The notes beneath the pieces are model-generated. The model was not told where the DNA came from. It searched no databases and saw only the letters and a list, made by a program, of their open reading frames with translations. Of a stretch of DNA of 64,000 nt, positions 1-9,254 are shown piece after piece; position 1 is the first letter of the stretch; each line of letters opens with the position of its first letter. The stretch comes from an uncultured virus (IMG/VR IMGVR_UViG_3300043499_000172) (lineage: Duplodnaviria > Heunggongvirae > Uroviricota > Caudoviricetes), in the IMG/VR virus record IMGVR_UViG_3300043499_000172. One strand, 5' to 3'. Made by a program: the position numbers and the translations under genes.

Positions 1-502
1 CCTAACGCCGGTGGTCTCATCTCACCAACCACCAAACCGCGTACCTGAAGGTGCGCCACCCGCCGCACTTTCAGGGACGTCAAGGGACCGAAGGTCGCCC
101 GCCCCCCGCACCTTCAGTCCCGCCCCTTGAGAAAACCCCGCACCGCATGCTACCAGTACCACGTCCGAATCGCCCACCTCCCCCGGCGGCGACCGGATGC
201 CGGGGTGGCGGTCCAGTGCCGCACACGTTAAACCGCCACCCCGCAACCATTTGGAGAGCTGATGTTGCGTCGCTTCCTGCGCCGTTGGCGCTGCCGCCTC
301 GGACACTGCCCAGGCCGCGTCGTCTCGGGTTGGCGCGGAGGGGCACTGTGCATCGGCTATGCTTGCAACGACTGCGGCAAGGTCACCGGCTACGGGCCGG
401 TCATCCCGCGCCATTGGTGACGCCGCGGTGAAGACGGTTTACAGCAGGATCTTCGTCGATGGCATCGACGTCATGGACCACACCGTCAACCTGGAGCAAC
501 TG

Positions 503-724
503 ATGTCCACACTGGGAGAATACCGCGTCGGGGTCGACTTCAACCCCTCCAAGAACCACGGCGTCGACGAGGTCAAGGCGCAGGCTGCCGCCCTCATCGA
601 CTTCATCGACCAGATCCCCGACGCCGCCGAGGGCGAGATCCGCCGGCTCAAGGCCGAGGCGATGACCTGCGTCGAGACCGGCGCCATGTACGCCGTCAAG
701 GCGCTGACCAAGCAGTCACGTTAA
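503..724 (+). CDS. Small helical protein, Acb2/Tad1-like candidate nucleotide-signal sponge
   Basis: GGAG before ATG 503; RV..DFNPS...VDEVK..AA.LID...AMTCVETGAMYAVKA pattern resembles Acb2/Tad1-type helical hairpins. Confidence 0.55.
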   Translation: MSTLGEYRVGVDFNPSKNHGVDEVKAQAAALIDFIDQIPDAAEGEIRRLKAEAMTCVETGAMYAVKALTKQSR

Positions 725-742
725 CCAATGGAGGCAGATGAA

Positions 743-880
743 ATGGCCAAGAAGACGATGACCGACGTGCTCGGCAAAGGTGTCAAGGCAGCCCGTCTCG
801 ACCAGCCCAAGCCGAGCAAGACCCCGCAGGGCGTCACCGAGGTCTTCAAGAAGGCCGGCGCCATGTTGAAGAAGAAGTGA
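743..880 (+). CDS. Small Lys-rich protein (45 aa)
   Basis: GGAGG upstream; MAKKTMTDVLGKG...MLKKK with phage-typical codons; not in ORF track. Confidence 0.65.
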   Translation: MAKKTMTDVLGKGVKAARLDQPKPSKTPQGVTEVFKKAGAMLKKK

Positions 881-1077
881 GCGCGGCGGCCGACAACGTG
901 CTGGCCAGCCTGCGCGTCAACTGGTCGGTCGAGCACCGCAAGCTGGTCGACGCGGTCAACTACGCCGCCGTCACCAAGACCGGCCTGCCGGACCATTACT
1001 GGCAGGCTGAGCACGAGGCCCGGCTGCGCATGACGGTGGCCGCTGTGCTGGCCCAGGAGCTGCACGACCTGCCATGA
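877..1077 (+). CDS. Hypothetical protein
   Basis: GTGA/ATGA coupled overlaps with neighbours. Confidence 0.6.
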   Translation: MSAAADNVLASLRVNWSVEHRKLVDAVNYAAVTKTGLPDHYWQAEHEARLRMTVAAVLAQELHDLP

Positions 1078-1280
1078 GCGACTGGATGTTCGACGACAGC
1101 TACAGTCTCGATGACGACGAGGTCGTCGAGGCCAGGATCGCGCAGGCGCGCAGCCGGCTGTTCGTCATCACGCCGCAGGACCGCGCCGTCATGGACGCCG
1201 AGCTGCGCAAGTTCCAGGAACTGCACCTCAAGCTGGCCGTCTGGATGCTCGACCAGTGCCTGCGGAAGCGGCCGCGATGA
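1074..1280 (+). CDS. Hypothetical protein
   Basis: ATGA overlaps at both ends, coupled to terminase. Confidence 0.6.
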   Translation: MSDWMFDDSYSLDDDEVVEARIAQARSRLFVITPQDRAVMDAELRKFQELHLKLAVWMLDQCLRKRPR

Positions 1281-2833
1281 ACCTCGCCCTGCCCAGCTAT
1301 TACGGCAAGCCGCCGGAGAAACTGACGCCGGACGAGATGCGCGCAGCGTTGCGCGACGCCGGCTGGCGGCTGTCCAACCTCTACAAAATCACCAACAAGT
1401 CCGGCAAGGTCGTCACCTTCAAGCCGTGGCCCGAGCAGCAGCGCTTCCTGACCGCCATCCACTACCGCAACCTCATCCCAAAGGCGCGGCAGCGCGGCTT
1501 CTCGACCGTGATCCAGCTGATGATGCTGGACGCCTGCCTGTTCCAGCCCAACACGCAAGCGGCGATCATTGCGCAGGACGAGGACACCGCGAGGGTCATT
1601 TTCGAGCAGAAGGTCCGCTTCGCATGGGATCACCTGCCGAAGATGGTCAAGGAGATGGTCGGGTTGAAATACCTGACCAAGACCGAGCTGGCGTTCAATA
1701 CTGACAGCTCCCTCATAGTGGCGACCTCGACCCGCGGCACCACGCTACAGTATCTTCATGTATCCGAGTACGGCCGCATCTGTCAGCGCTACCCCGATCG
1801 CGCCACCGAGATCCAGACCGGCTCGCTGCCCTCCGTCGACCAGCACGGCATCACCTGCATCGAAAGCACGATGGAGACGCCCTACGGCATCTTCGCCGAC
1901 ATGGTCAGGAACGCCCAGAAGACCAGGGATAGCGGCCGCGTCCCATCCACCTTGGAGTGGAAGCTGCACTTCGCCTCGTGGTGGGACGCGCCGGAATACG
2001 AGGCCGATCCCACGGCGGTCGACCTCGACCCCGAAGACCTCGGCTATTTCTACCGCCTCGAAGGCGAGATCGGCCAGGACATCGCGCCCGAGAAACGCGC
2101 CTGGTACGTGCTGACGCGCAGGAACCTGTTCGGCGACGACCAGGAGAAGATGTTCTCGCAGTACCCCTCCACCCTGGAGGAGGCGTTTACGGTAAGCACC
2201 GACGGCCTGTGGCTGTCCCGCCAGCTCGCCAACGCCCGCATCGACCGCCGCATCACCAAGGTCCCGTATGATCCCGGCCGTCCCGTCAACACCTTCTGGG
2301 ACCTCGGCACCGGCGATGACACGGCGATCTGGTTCCACCAGGACCACGGCGTTCGGCAGCACTTCATCGACTACGTCGAGGCGGCCTCGGAGCCGCCATC
2401 CTACTATGTTCGCGCGCTCAACGAGCGGCCATATGTTTACGGCTGGCACTACCTGCCGCACGACGCCAACCAGCGTCGTCCTGGTGCGGAGCACCTCAAG
2501 ACATACGTCGATCTGCTGCGTGATCTCGGCGTTCACCACGTAGAGACCGTGCAGCGCACGCCTGACGTGGCGCAGGCCATCGACCAGCTGCGCGAGGCCT
2601 TCGCCACCTACTTCATCGACGCCGAGAAGTGCAGCCTCGGCATCCGCCACCTCGATGGTTTTAGCAAGCAGTGGAACGACCGCATGGGCCTGTGGATGCC
2701 GCTGGTTGCCAAGAACGGCCACCAGCACGCCGCCGACGCCATCCGCCAGCACGCGCAGATCCGCCATCTCAGGTTCGGCCACGGCGCCGGCCGCTGGACG
2801 CCGCGCCGCAACAAGAGCGGGATGGCGGCATGA
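1277..2833 (+). CDS. terL: Terminase large subunit
   Basis: Walker A-like PKARQRGFST, Walker B LHVSEYG, EST motif, C-terminal nuclease WDLG...D and H.ADA. Confidence 0.95.
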   Translation: MNLALPSYYGKPPEKLTPDEMRAALRDAGWRLSNLYKITNKSGKVVTFKPWPEQQRFLTAIHYRNLIPKARQRGFSTVIQLMMLDACLFQPNTQAAIIAQDEDTARVIFEQKVRFAWDHLPKMVKEMVGLKYLTKTELAFNTDSSLIVATSTRGTTLQYLHVSEYGRICQRYPDRATEIQTGSLPSVDQHGITCIESTMETPYGIFADMVRNAQKTRDSGRVPSTLEWKLHFASWWDAPEYEADPTAVDLDPEDLGYFYRLEGEIGQDIAPEKRAWYVLTRRNLFGDDQEKMFSQYPSTLEEAFTVSTDGLWLSRQLANARIDRRITKVPYDPGRPVNTFWDLGTGDDTAIWFHQDHGVRQHFIDYVEAASEPPSYYVRALNERPYVYGWHYLPHDANQRRPGAEHLKTYVDLLRDLGVHHVETVQRTPDVAQAIDQLREAFATYFIDAEKCSLGIRHLDGFSKQWNDRMGLWMPLVAKNGHQHAADAIRQHAQIRHLRFGHGAGRWTPRRNKSGMAA

Positions 2834-3018
2834 GCGGCGACATCGCCCACATCGCCGAGACGCTGGCCGCCGCCGAGCGCTGGCTGACCGCGCTCGAGGA
2901 TCTCCATAACTGCATGGAGCCGCAGGTTCGCCCGCGCCTCGAAGCGGCGGTCGAATCCTACCGCAACGCGCTGTCGGTCTACATCGCCGTCGCGCTGCGC
3001 AGGGGCGAGGATAAGTGA
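2830..3018 (+). CDS. Hypothetical protein
   Basis: ATGA overlap with terL stop; MSGDIAHIAE... Confidence 0.6.
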   Translation: MSGDIAHIAETLAAAERWLTALEDLHNCMEPQVRPRLEAAVESYRNALSVYIAVALRRGEDK

Positions 3019-3272
3019 TGGCCAACGACCGCACCGAGAAGATGCTCGATTCCATGAAGCGCGCCATCGACTACGCCGCCAGCAACCGGCCGGAGGGGTT
3101 CAAGGACATCGGCTTCGTCGTCATCGTCGTCGACAAGCGCACCGGCGATCTCAGCTGGGGGTCGACCTTCGAGGCCGCGGAGGCGACCGCCATCATGGCC
3201 GAGTGCATCGTCAGCGATGCTGAAATGCAGGCCGCCGAGGCCGAGCTGGAAGCCGGGGCCAGCCGCCAATGA
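3018..3272 (+). CDS. Hypothetical protein
   Basis: Coupled ORF with GAGGA SD. Confidence 0.6.
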   Translation: MANDRTEKMLDSMKRAIDYAASNRPEGFKDIGFVVIVVDKRTGDLSWGSTFEAAEATAIMAECIVSDAEMQAAEAELEAGASRQ

Positions 3273-3466
3273 GCCAGGTGCGCAGCCCTTCACCCACTGT
3301 TTCCGCGGCCGCTGCCGAGCACCGCCGTTGCGTCGAGATCGTCTACAACGCCGCCAAGTTGTACCGCGAGATGGCGCACCAGTTCACGACACGGGAGGCC
3401 AAGCTGATCGCCCGCAGCCAGGCCCAGGCCCTCGAAGACGTGGCGCGCGAGATGGAGGACATCTGA
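3269..3466 (+). CDS. Hypothetical protein
   Basis: Coupled ORF, GC3-rich codons. Confidence 0.55.
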   Translation: MSQVRSPSPTVSAAAAEHRRCVEIVYNAAKLYREMAHQFTTREAKLIARSQAQALEDVAREMEDI

Positions 3467-3467
3467 C

Positions 3468-3728
3468 ATGGATATCGGCGAAGCGGTCAAGCACATGTGG
3501 GAGGGCGGCAAGGTCAGCCGTTCCGGCTGGAACGGCAAGAACATGTATTTGTTCATGAACTTTGGTGGCGACACCATCCGCAGCGGCACCCTCAAGGTCG
3601 GCATCATGCTGCCGTTCGTCAACATGAAGACCGCCACCGGCGAGGTGGTGCCGTGGCTGTGCTCGCAGAGCGACCTTTTGGCCAAGGACTGGGGCACTGT
3701 CGTGCTGGAACCGGCGCAATATGAGTGA
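3468..3728 (+). CDS. DUF2829 / Tad2-like (Thoeris anti-defense 2 family) protein
   Basis: M.IGEA...GGKVSRSGWNGKNMYL and PWLCSQSDLLAKDW signatures of DUF2829. Confidence 0.85.
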   Translation: MDIGEAVKHMWEGGKVSRSGWNGKNMYLFMNFGGDTIRSGTLKVGIMLPFVNMKTATGEVVPWLCSQSDLLAKDWGTVVLEPAQYE

Positions 3729-4002
3729 CGAACCCGACCCGCACGCCGCGCTACGCGCCTGGATCGCCGAGTTCAACCCCGACGCGCTGATGGCCGACGG
3801 CTTCGAGGAGGCCATCATCGGCGTCGGCGAGCGCTGCAGCCAGATGGGGCTGGTGGTCTACGACGCCGAGAAGTGCCTGGAGATCCTGCAGGAGCGCGAT
3901 GGCATGGATTACGAGGAGGCCTACGAGTACTTCTCGTTCAACACGCTCGGCTCGTGGGTCGGCGACAACACGCCGCTGTTCGTATGGAGGCCGCACCTGT
4001 GA
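3721..4002 (+). CDS. Conserved phage hypothetical protein
   Basis: ADGFEEAIIG...VVYD..KC...EEAYEYFSFNTLGSWVGDNTP motif common in phages. Confidence 0.75.
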   Translation: MSDEPDPHAALRAWIAEFNPDALMADGFEEAIIGVGERCSQMGLVVYDAEKCLEILQERDGMDYEEAYEYFSFNTLGSWVGDNTPLFVWRPHL

Positions 4003-4302
4003 AGCAGGATCGCATCATCGTCGAGAACGTGGTCAGGGCTGGCGAGGCCTACCTGCTGATGCTGGTGAGCGCGGCGGTCAGCAAGGTGCCGGACTGGCGG
4101 TCGCTCGACAAGACGCGCACCGAGTTGCTCGACGCCGTCGAGAAGCTGGTGCAGGCGAGCAACCGATGACCGGCGTGCCGCGGTTCGCCATCCTCGTGGT
4201 CGCGGCCGCCGCCCTGCTGGCGCCGACGGTCGCGATGCTGTTTGCCAACAGCCTCAACCCGATCGGCTGGCTGGTGCTGATCGCCACCGCGGTGATGGCA
4301 GC

Positions 4303-4686
4303 ATGAGCGGCCCATCGCTCCCCATCCTCTGCGTTGACTTCGATGGTGTCATCCACGACTACCGGCACGGCTGGCAGGGTGGAAGACTCTACGGCGACGT
4401 CACGCCCGGTTTCTTCCAGTGGCTGCAGAAGACACGGCAGCACTTCAGGGTTGTCATCTACTCCAGCCGCTCCAGCGACCCCAAGATGGTGGAAGACATG
4501 AAGGTCTGGCTGGCTCGACAGAACGGCGGCGTCATGCCGTCTGGGCTGGAGTTCGCGCGCGAGAAGCCGCCGGCGTTCCTGACCATCGACGACCGCTGCG
4601 TCCGCTTCACCGGCAGCTGGGACGATCTCGACCCGCAGTCGCTGCGCAACTTCGTGCCGTGGATGATCGGCGAGCGGCAGGAATGA
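4303..4686 (+). CDS. HAD-superfamily phosphatase-like protein
   Basis: DFDGVIH motif I, SSR motif II, KPPA and IDDR motifs III/IV. Confidence 0.8.
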   Translation: MSGPSLPILCVDFDGVIHDYRHGWQGGRLYGDVTPGFFQWLQKTRQHFRVVIYSSRSSDPKMVEDMKVWLARQNGGVMPSGLEFAREKPPAFLTIDDRCVRFTGSWDDLDPQSLRNFVPWMIGERQE

Positions 4687-4871
4687 CCGGCGCCGCCTGG
4701 ATCCTCGTCGTCATCGTGCTCGGCGGCGACCTGGTGCCAACCATCGGGGTCATCGAAGGCTTCGTCACCGAGGCCGCCTGCACCACCGCCGGCGACCGTG
4801 TCACCGCAGCAGTCAGGAGCGACAACCGTGCCTACGCCGCCGTCACCGCCTGCATCAGCAGATATCAGTGA
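4683..4871 (+). CDS. Small membrane/secreted hypothetical protein
   Basis: ATGA overlap; hydrophobic N-terminus WILVVIVL, F.TEAAC...C pattern. Confidence 0.5.
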   Translation: MTGAAWILVVIVLGGDLVPTIGVIEGFVTEAACTTAGDRVTAAVRSDNRAYAAVTACISRYQ

Positions 4872-5134
4872 GAACGACCACGACAACGACGTCTGGCACG
4901 CCCGCCTGCGTCTCTACCACCCGGCGCTGATGACGCCGCGCGGCCGCGCCGAGATCGCCGAGTGGCTGCGCGTGCAGGCCGACCAGCTCGAGCGCGAGGG
5001 GCGTAACTACGCGCCGCTCTACAGCGCCATCTACTTCTCGACCCACGGGCCAGCGTGGACAGACGGCCCAAAATAGAACAAAACATCGCTGAACGAGCGC
5101 GCCTTGCCTTGCCCGGAAGACATGGACGAGGCGC

Positions 5135-5551
5135 TTGGAAGACCACATTCTCGACCTCGACAAGCGGCACTGGGCGCACACGCGCTTTGGCCTGACCGCT
5201 ATCGGGACATGGGTTCGGATCGACGGCCGCTGGCGGCCGTGCATGGCGATCGTCCGCGCTGACGGCCGCCGGACGACGCCGTGCGTCATTCCGCTCGAAG
5301 AGGCCTGGCGGTGGTCCGACATCATCGGCGCACCGGCCGAGCCGGCCATCAACATCCTTCTCAATCTCGGCGTCGACCCCGGCAACCCGGACAACGTCTT
5401 CAAGCTGATCACGCTGGTTAATTCTCGCATGGCCGACCTGGTTGCCATGCCGGTGCGGCCGCCCAGCGCCGAGGAGCACGCCGACCCGGTTGCCGAGCTG
5501 ACCCACGGCGACGTGCTCAACGGCAGCGGCAAGGTGGAGATCGAGATCTGA
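5135..5551 (+). CDS. Conserved pre-portal hypothetical protein
   Basis: GAGG SD before TTG start; TGATG overlap with portal. Confidence 0.65.
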   Translation: MEDHILDLDKRHWAHTRFGLTAIGTWVRIDGRWRPCMAIVRADGRRTTPCVIPLEEAWRWSDIIGAPAEPAINILLNLGVDPGNPDNVFKLITLVNSRMADLVAMPVRPPSAEEHADPVAELTHGDVLNGSGKVEIEI

Positions 5552-7959
5552 TGGCCAAGGGCATGTTCGACTTGGACGCGAAAGACGGATCGGTCCGCAT
5601 CAAGAAAGACAAGGCGAAGGGCGGCTACGGCGACCCGATGCCGGCCAACCAGAACCCCCGCACCGCCATGGGCCAGCCGCACCGCGAGGGCGAGGGCAAG
5701 AAGACCACCAACCTCGACAGCCCGGACATGGTGACGCTGCACCGCCAGATGCTCGCCTGCTACTCCGACGAGCTGGACCGGCAGTCCGACAACCGCATCG
5801 AGATGGCCGAGGACGAGGACTTCTACGACAACATCCAGTGGGACCCCGACGACGCTCAAGTGCTCAGGGATCGCGGCCAGATACCGCTGGTCTACAACGT
5901 GATTTCGACCAGCATCGACTGGATCACCGGCTCCGAGAAGCGCGCCCGCACCGACTTCAAGATACTGCCGCGCAAGAAGGAGCAGGCCAAGAGCGCCGAG
6001 AAGAAGACGGCGCTGATGAAGTATCTCAACGACACCAGTCGTGAATCCTTCCACATCTCCCGCGCCTTCGAGGACGCGGTGCGCGTCGGCATCGGCTGGA
6101 TCGAGGACGGCTTCGAGGCCGACAGCGAGAACGAGCCGCTCTACACGCGCTACGAGAACTGGCGCAACGTCCTGCACGACACCGCCGCCACCAACCTCGA
6201 TGTCGAGGACGGCAGGTATATTTTCCGCTCCAAGTGGGTCGACCTCGACGTCGCCGTCGCGATGTTCCCGCGCCGCGCCGAGATCCTGCGGCAGGCGGCG
6301 GTCGCCGGCGACGACTTCATCCAGCGCGACCTCTATGGCGACGAGGCCATGGACGCGCTCGAGATGGCGCTTGAGCAGAACACCATGAACAGCTCCGGCT
6401 CGCAGCGGGTCATCGAGGGCTACCAGCGCGAGCGCGTCAGGATCATCGAGGGCTGGTACAAGCGCCCGGTCGTCGCCGGCAAGATGCGCGGCGGCGAGTT
6501 CCACGGCGAGCTGTTCGACGCCTTCTCCGACGCCCACAAGCAGGAGCTGGCCAGCGGCGACGCCGAGCTGGCCGAGAAGACCACGCTGCGCATGCATGTC
6601 GGGCTGTTCACCGAGGCCGGCATGCTGTGGTTCTCGGAATCGCCCTACCGCCACAACCGCTTCCCGCTGACCCCTGTGTGGGGCTACCGGCGCGGCAAGG
6701 ACGGGGCGCCCTACGGCGTCATCCGCCGCCTCAAGGACATCCAGGTCGACGTCAACAAGCGCGCCTCCAAGGCGCTGCACATCCTCTCCACCTCGAAGAT
6801 CATCATGGACTACGACGCCCTTCCCGACGACATGACCTTCGAGGAATTCCAGGAGGAGGTCAGTCGTCCCGATGCCATTATTCGCAAGGTGCCGGGCAAG
6901 GAGATCACCCTCAACGCCGATCGCGACCTCGCGCAGTGGCACCTCGAGCTGATGTCTAGAGACATCTCGATGATCCAGCAGGCCAGCGGCGTCACCGACG
7001 AGCTGCTCGGCCGCAAGACCAACGCCACGTCGGGCGTGGCGATCCAGCGCCGGCAGGACCAGGGCAGCCTCGCCACCGCCAAGATCTTCGACAATTTGAT
7101 GTTCGCCAACCAGGTGCACGGCGAGAAGCTGCTCTCCAACATCGAGCAGTTCATGAGCGAGGAGAAGCAGTTCCGCATCACCTCGCAGTCCGGCAAATCG
7201 GACTACGTCACCGTCAACGACGGCCTCCCCGAGAATGACATCACCCGCTGCAAGGCGGACTACGTCATCAGCGAGACGGCGTGGCACGCGACGCTGCGGC
7301 AAGCCGCCGTCGACGAGCTGATGGAGGCGATGAACAAGCTGCCGCCAGAGGTGGCGATGATCCTGCTCGACCTCGCGGTCGAGAACATGGACCTGCCGAA
7401 CCGCGAAGAGATCGTCAAGCGCATCCGCCAGGTCACCGGCCAGCTCGACCCCAACTCCGAGACGCCGTCGCCGGAAGAGCAGCAGATGCTGCAGCAGAAG
7501 GCCATTCAGGCAAAGCTGCAGATGGACATGGCGCTGGCAGCGCTGGCCAAGGCGCAGGCCGAGGCCGACAAGATCGCCGCGCAGGCCGCGCAGGCCAAGA
7601 CGGGGGCGGCCAAGACCATCGCCGAGATACCTGGCTTGAACGTGACCACGCAGCAGACCGCGCTGGAGACCGCGGCACTGGTGCTGGCGACACCCGACGC
7701 AGCGCCGATCGCCGACTACATCATGGCCGAGAGCGGCTTCGTCAGCGAGACCGACAAGAAGGCGCAGCAGCTCGCCACGCTGCAGGCCGCGCAGGCGCAG
7801 CAGCAGCAGGCCGCCGCGCAGCAACAGCAGGCCGCAGCGCAACAGCAGCAGCCCGGCGTGCAACAGCCGCAACAGGAACCGCAACCCGGCGCCCCGGCCG
7901 GGCCGGAGCAGCAGATGGGGATCAGCGGACCGCCCGGTGGTCCGCCCCCGCAGCAGTAG
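5551..7959 (+). CDS. Portal protein (P22-like)
   Basis: FYDNIQW...RGQIPLVYN, GIGWIE, PYGVIRRLKDIQ..VNKR, SGVAIQRRQDQG motifs; Gln-rich C-terminal tail. Confidence 0.93.
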   Translation: MAKGMFDLDAKDGSVRIKKDKAKGGYGDPMPANQNPRTAMGQPHREGEGKKTTNLDSPDMVTLHRQMLACYSDELDRQSDNRIEMAEDEDFYDNIQWDPDDAQVLRDRGQIPLVYNVISTSIDWITGSEKRARTDFKILPRKKEQAKSAEKKTALMKYLNDTSRESFHISRAFEDAVRVGIGWIEDGFEADSENEPLYTRYENWRNVLHDTAATNLDVEDGRYIFRSKWVDLDVAVAMFPRRAEILRQAAVAGDDFIQRDLYGDEAMDALEMALEQNTMNSSGSQRVIEGYQRERVRIIEGWYKRPVVAGKMRGGEFHGELFDAFSDAHKQELASGDAELAEKTTLRMHVGLFTEAGMLWFSESPYRHNRFPLTPVWGYRRGKDGAPYGVIRRLKDIQVDVNKRASKALHILSTSKIIMDYDALPDDMTFEEFQEEVSRPDAIIRKVPGKEITLNADRDLAQWHLELMSRDISMIQQASGVTDELLGRKTNATSGVAIQRRQDQGSLATAKIFDNLMFANQVHGEKLLSNIEQFMSEEKQFRITSQSGKSDYVTVNDGLPENDITRCKADYVISETAWHATLRQAAVDELMEAMNKLPPEVAMILLDLAVENMDLPNREEIVKRIRQVTGQLDPNSETPSPEEQQMLQQKAIQAKLQMDMALAALAKAQAEADKIAAQAAQAKTGAAKTIAEIPGLNVTTQQTALETAALVLATPDAAPIADYIMAESGFVSETDKKAQQLATLQAAQAQQQQAAAQQQQAAAQQQQPGVQQPQQEPQPGAPAGPEQQMGISGPPGGPPPQQ

Positions 7960-7969
7960 AGAGGACCAC

Positions 7970-8917
7970 ATGGCACGATTGAAGGTGACGGACGAGGAGT
8001 TGGATCTCCTCACCGAAGAGGAACGCATCGGGCTGAAGGAGTACCAGGCCGAGCTTGAGGCCGAGCTGGCCGCCGAGGACGCCGAGATCGCCAAGGCGGC
8101 GGCCGGCGATGCCGAGGACGCGCCGGTCGCCGAGGCCGACGAGCCGGAGCCGGAGGAAGAGCCGGAGCCGGAGGAAGAGCCGGAGCCGGAGCCGGAACCC
8201 GAGGAAGAGGAAGAGCCGGAACCCGAAGCCGAGGAAGAGGCCGAGGAAGAGGAAGAGGCCGAGGAAGAGGAAGAGGCCGAGCCGATCGCCGCCGCCCCGG
8301 CGCCGGTGCAGGCCTACCGCCTGACCGCCGCCGAGGAGGCGCGCTTCACGGCCATCGACACCGCGCTCGACGAGATCGCCGTCAAGTTCGACGACGGCGA
8401 GATCACCGCCAAGGAGATGCGCGACCAATCGAAGGCACTGGTTGCCGAGCTGGACGAGCTGAAGGACAAGCGCACGCAGGCCAAGATGTCGGGCAAGCTG
8501 GTCGCCGACACCTGGTACGGCTCGACCATCCCGCTGTTTTTGGCCAGTCACACCGAGTACGTCGAAGGCTCGATGCGCCACACGCTGCTCGACACCACCG
8601 TCAAGAAGCTGCAGGCGGCCAGCACCAACCCGACCGACCCGAAGATCCTGGTCGAGGCGCACAGGCTGATCGTCGCCGAGCTGGGCGAGCCGCCCGCCGC
8701 CGAGGGCGCCAAGCCGAAGGCCAAGGCCAAGAAGAAGCTCAACGGGAACGGACGCAAGATGCCACCGTCGCTCAACAATCTGCCGGCCTCCGACCAGACG
8801 CCGGTCACCGCGGTCAACAAGTTCGCGCGCCTGGAGAAATTGAAAGGCGTCGACTATGAGCGGGCGCTGGCGCGGTTGTCGCCGACCGACCGTGAAGCCT
8901 ATCTGCAGGGGGCGTAG
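7970..8917 (+). CDS. Capsid scaffolding protein (acidic)
   Basis: Between portal and capsid; very acidic with EPEPEE repeats and a helical C-terminus; GAGGA SD. Confidence 0.75.
   Translation: MARLKVTDEELDLLTEEERIGLKEYQAELEAELAAEDAEIAKAAAGDAEDAPVAEADEPEPEEEPEPEEEPEPEPEPEEEEEPEPEAEEEAEEEEEAEEEEEAEPIAAAPAPVQAYRLTAAEEARFTAIDTALDEIAVKFDDGEITAKEMRDQSKALVAELDELKDKRTQAKMSGKLVADTWYGSTIPLFLASHTEYVEGSMRHTLLDTTVKKLQAASTNPTDPKILVEAHRLIVAELGEPPAAEGAKPKAKAKKKLNGNGRKMPPSLNNLPASDQTPVTAVNKFARLEKLKGVDYERALARLSPTDREAYLQGA
8143..8283 (+). repeat. Tandem GAGCCGGAGCCGGAGGAA-type repeats coding a Glu/Pro tract
   Basis: Directly visible short tandem repeats. Confidence 0.85.
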
Positions 8918-9133
8918 ATGTTTTCAAAAACCATGCGGCCCGGCGAGGCCGTCGAGATCGGCGACGTCGCGGTGGTGCGCGTCGAGTACAAGAGCGGCTC
9001 GGCGACCAAGCTGTCGTTCTTCAGCCAGCTGCCGATCCGCTGCCTCGTCGACGGCCTGGTGCCGCCGCGCTATGTCTACGGCGTCGTCGGGCCGCCGCGC
9101 CGCGTTCTCGAAATGGTGCAGCGCGTCGGCTGA
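8918..9133 (+). CDS. Divergent CsrA/RsmA-like RNA-binding protein
   Basis: Ungapped by-eye alignment to CsrA: M1,T5,R7,G9,E10,I14,G15,D16,V20,V22,G27 conserved; HREE/R44 region diverged. Confidence 0.7.
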   Translation: MFSKTMRPGEAVEIGDVAVVRVEYKSGSATKLSFFSQLPIRCLVDGLVPPRYVYGVVGPPRRVLEMVQRVG

Positions 9134-9213
9134 AATTCGCATTTTTGGCGAATTTCCGCGGTCTGGCTGCACCAGCTTGCTCAATCCACCGTTTCGAAGT
9201 ATTTCTTCGCAAA

Positions 9214-9254
9214 AGCGCAGGACGTGCTGACCCCCCTGGAGGTTGCACGTCATG
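9214..9254 (+). promoter_or_regulatory. Leader GGA hairpin AGCGC-AGGAC-GTGCT plus alternative RBS-sequestering stem (capsid gene)
   Basis: GACGTGC 9221-9227 is the exact reverse complement of GCACGTC 9245-9251 flanking GGAGG; same 13-mer at 22441 and 26467. Confidence 0.75.

Noticed and set aside
1571..1580. Extra GCGCAGGACG match in terL (also CGCAGGACGT near 28874)
   Set aside because: Inside coding sequence and lacking the GTGC arm needed for the hairpin; not counted as leader motifs
5074..5095. Alphaproteobacterial LexA box (GAAC-N7-GAAC)
   Set aside because: The two GAAC are 11 nt apart, not 7
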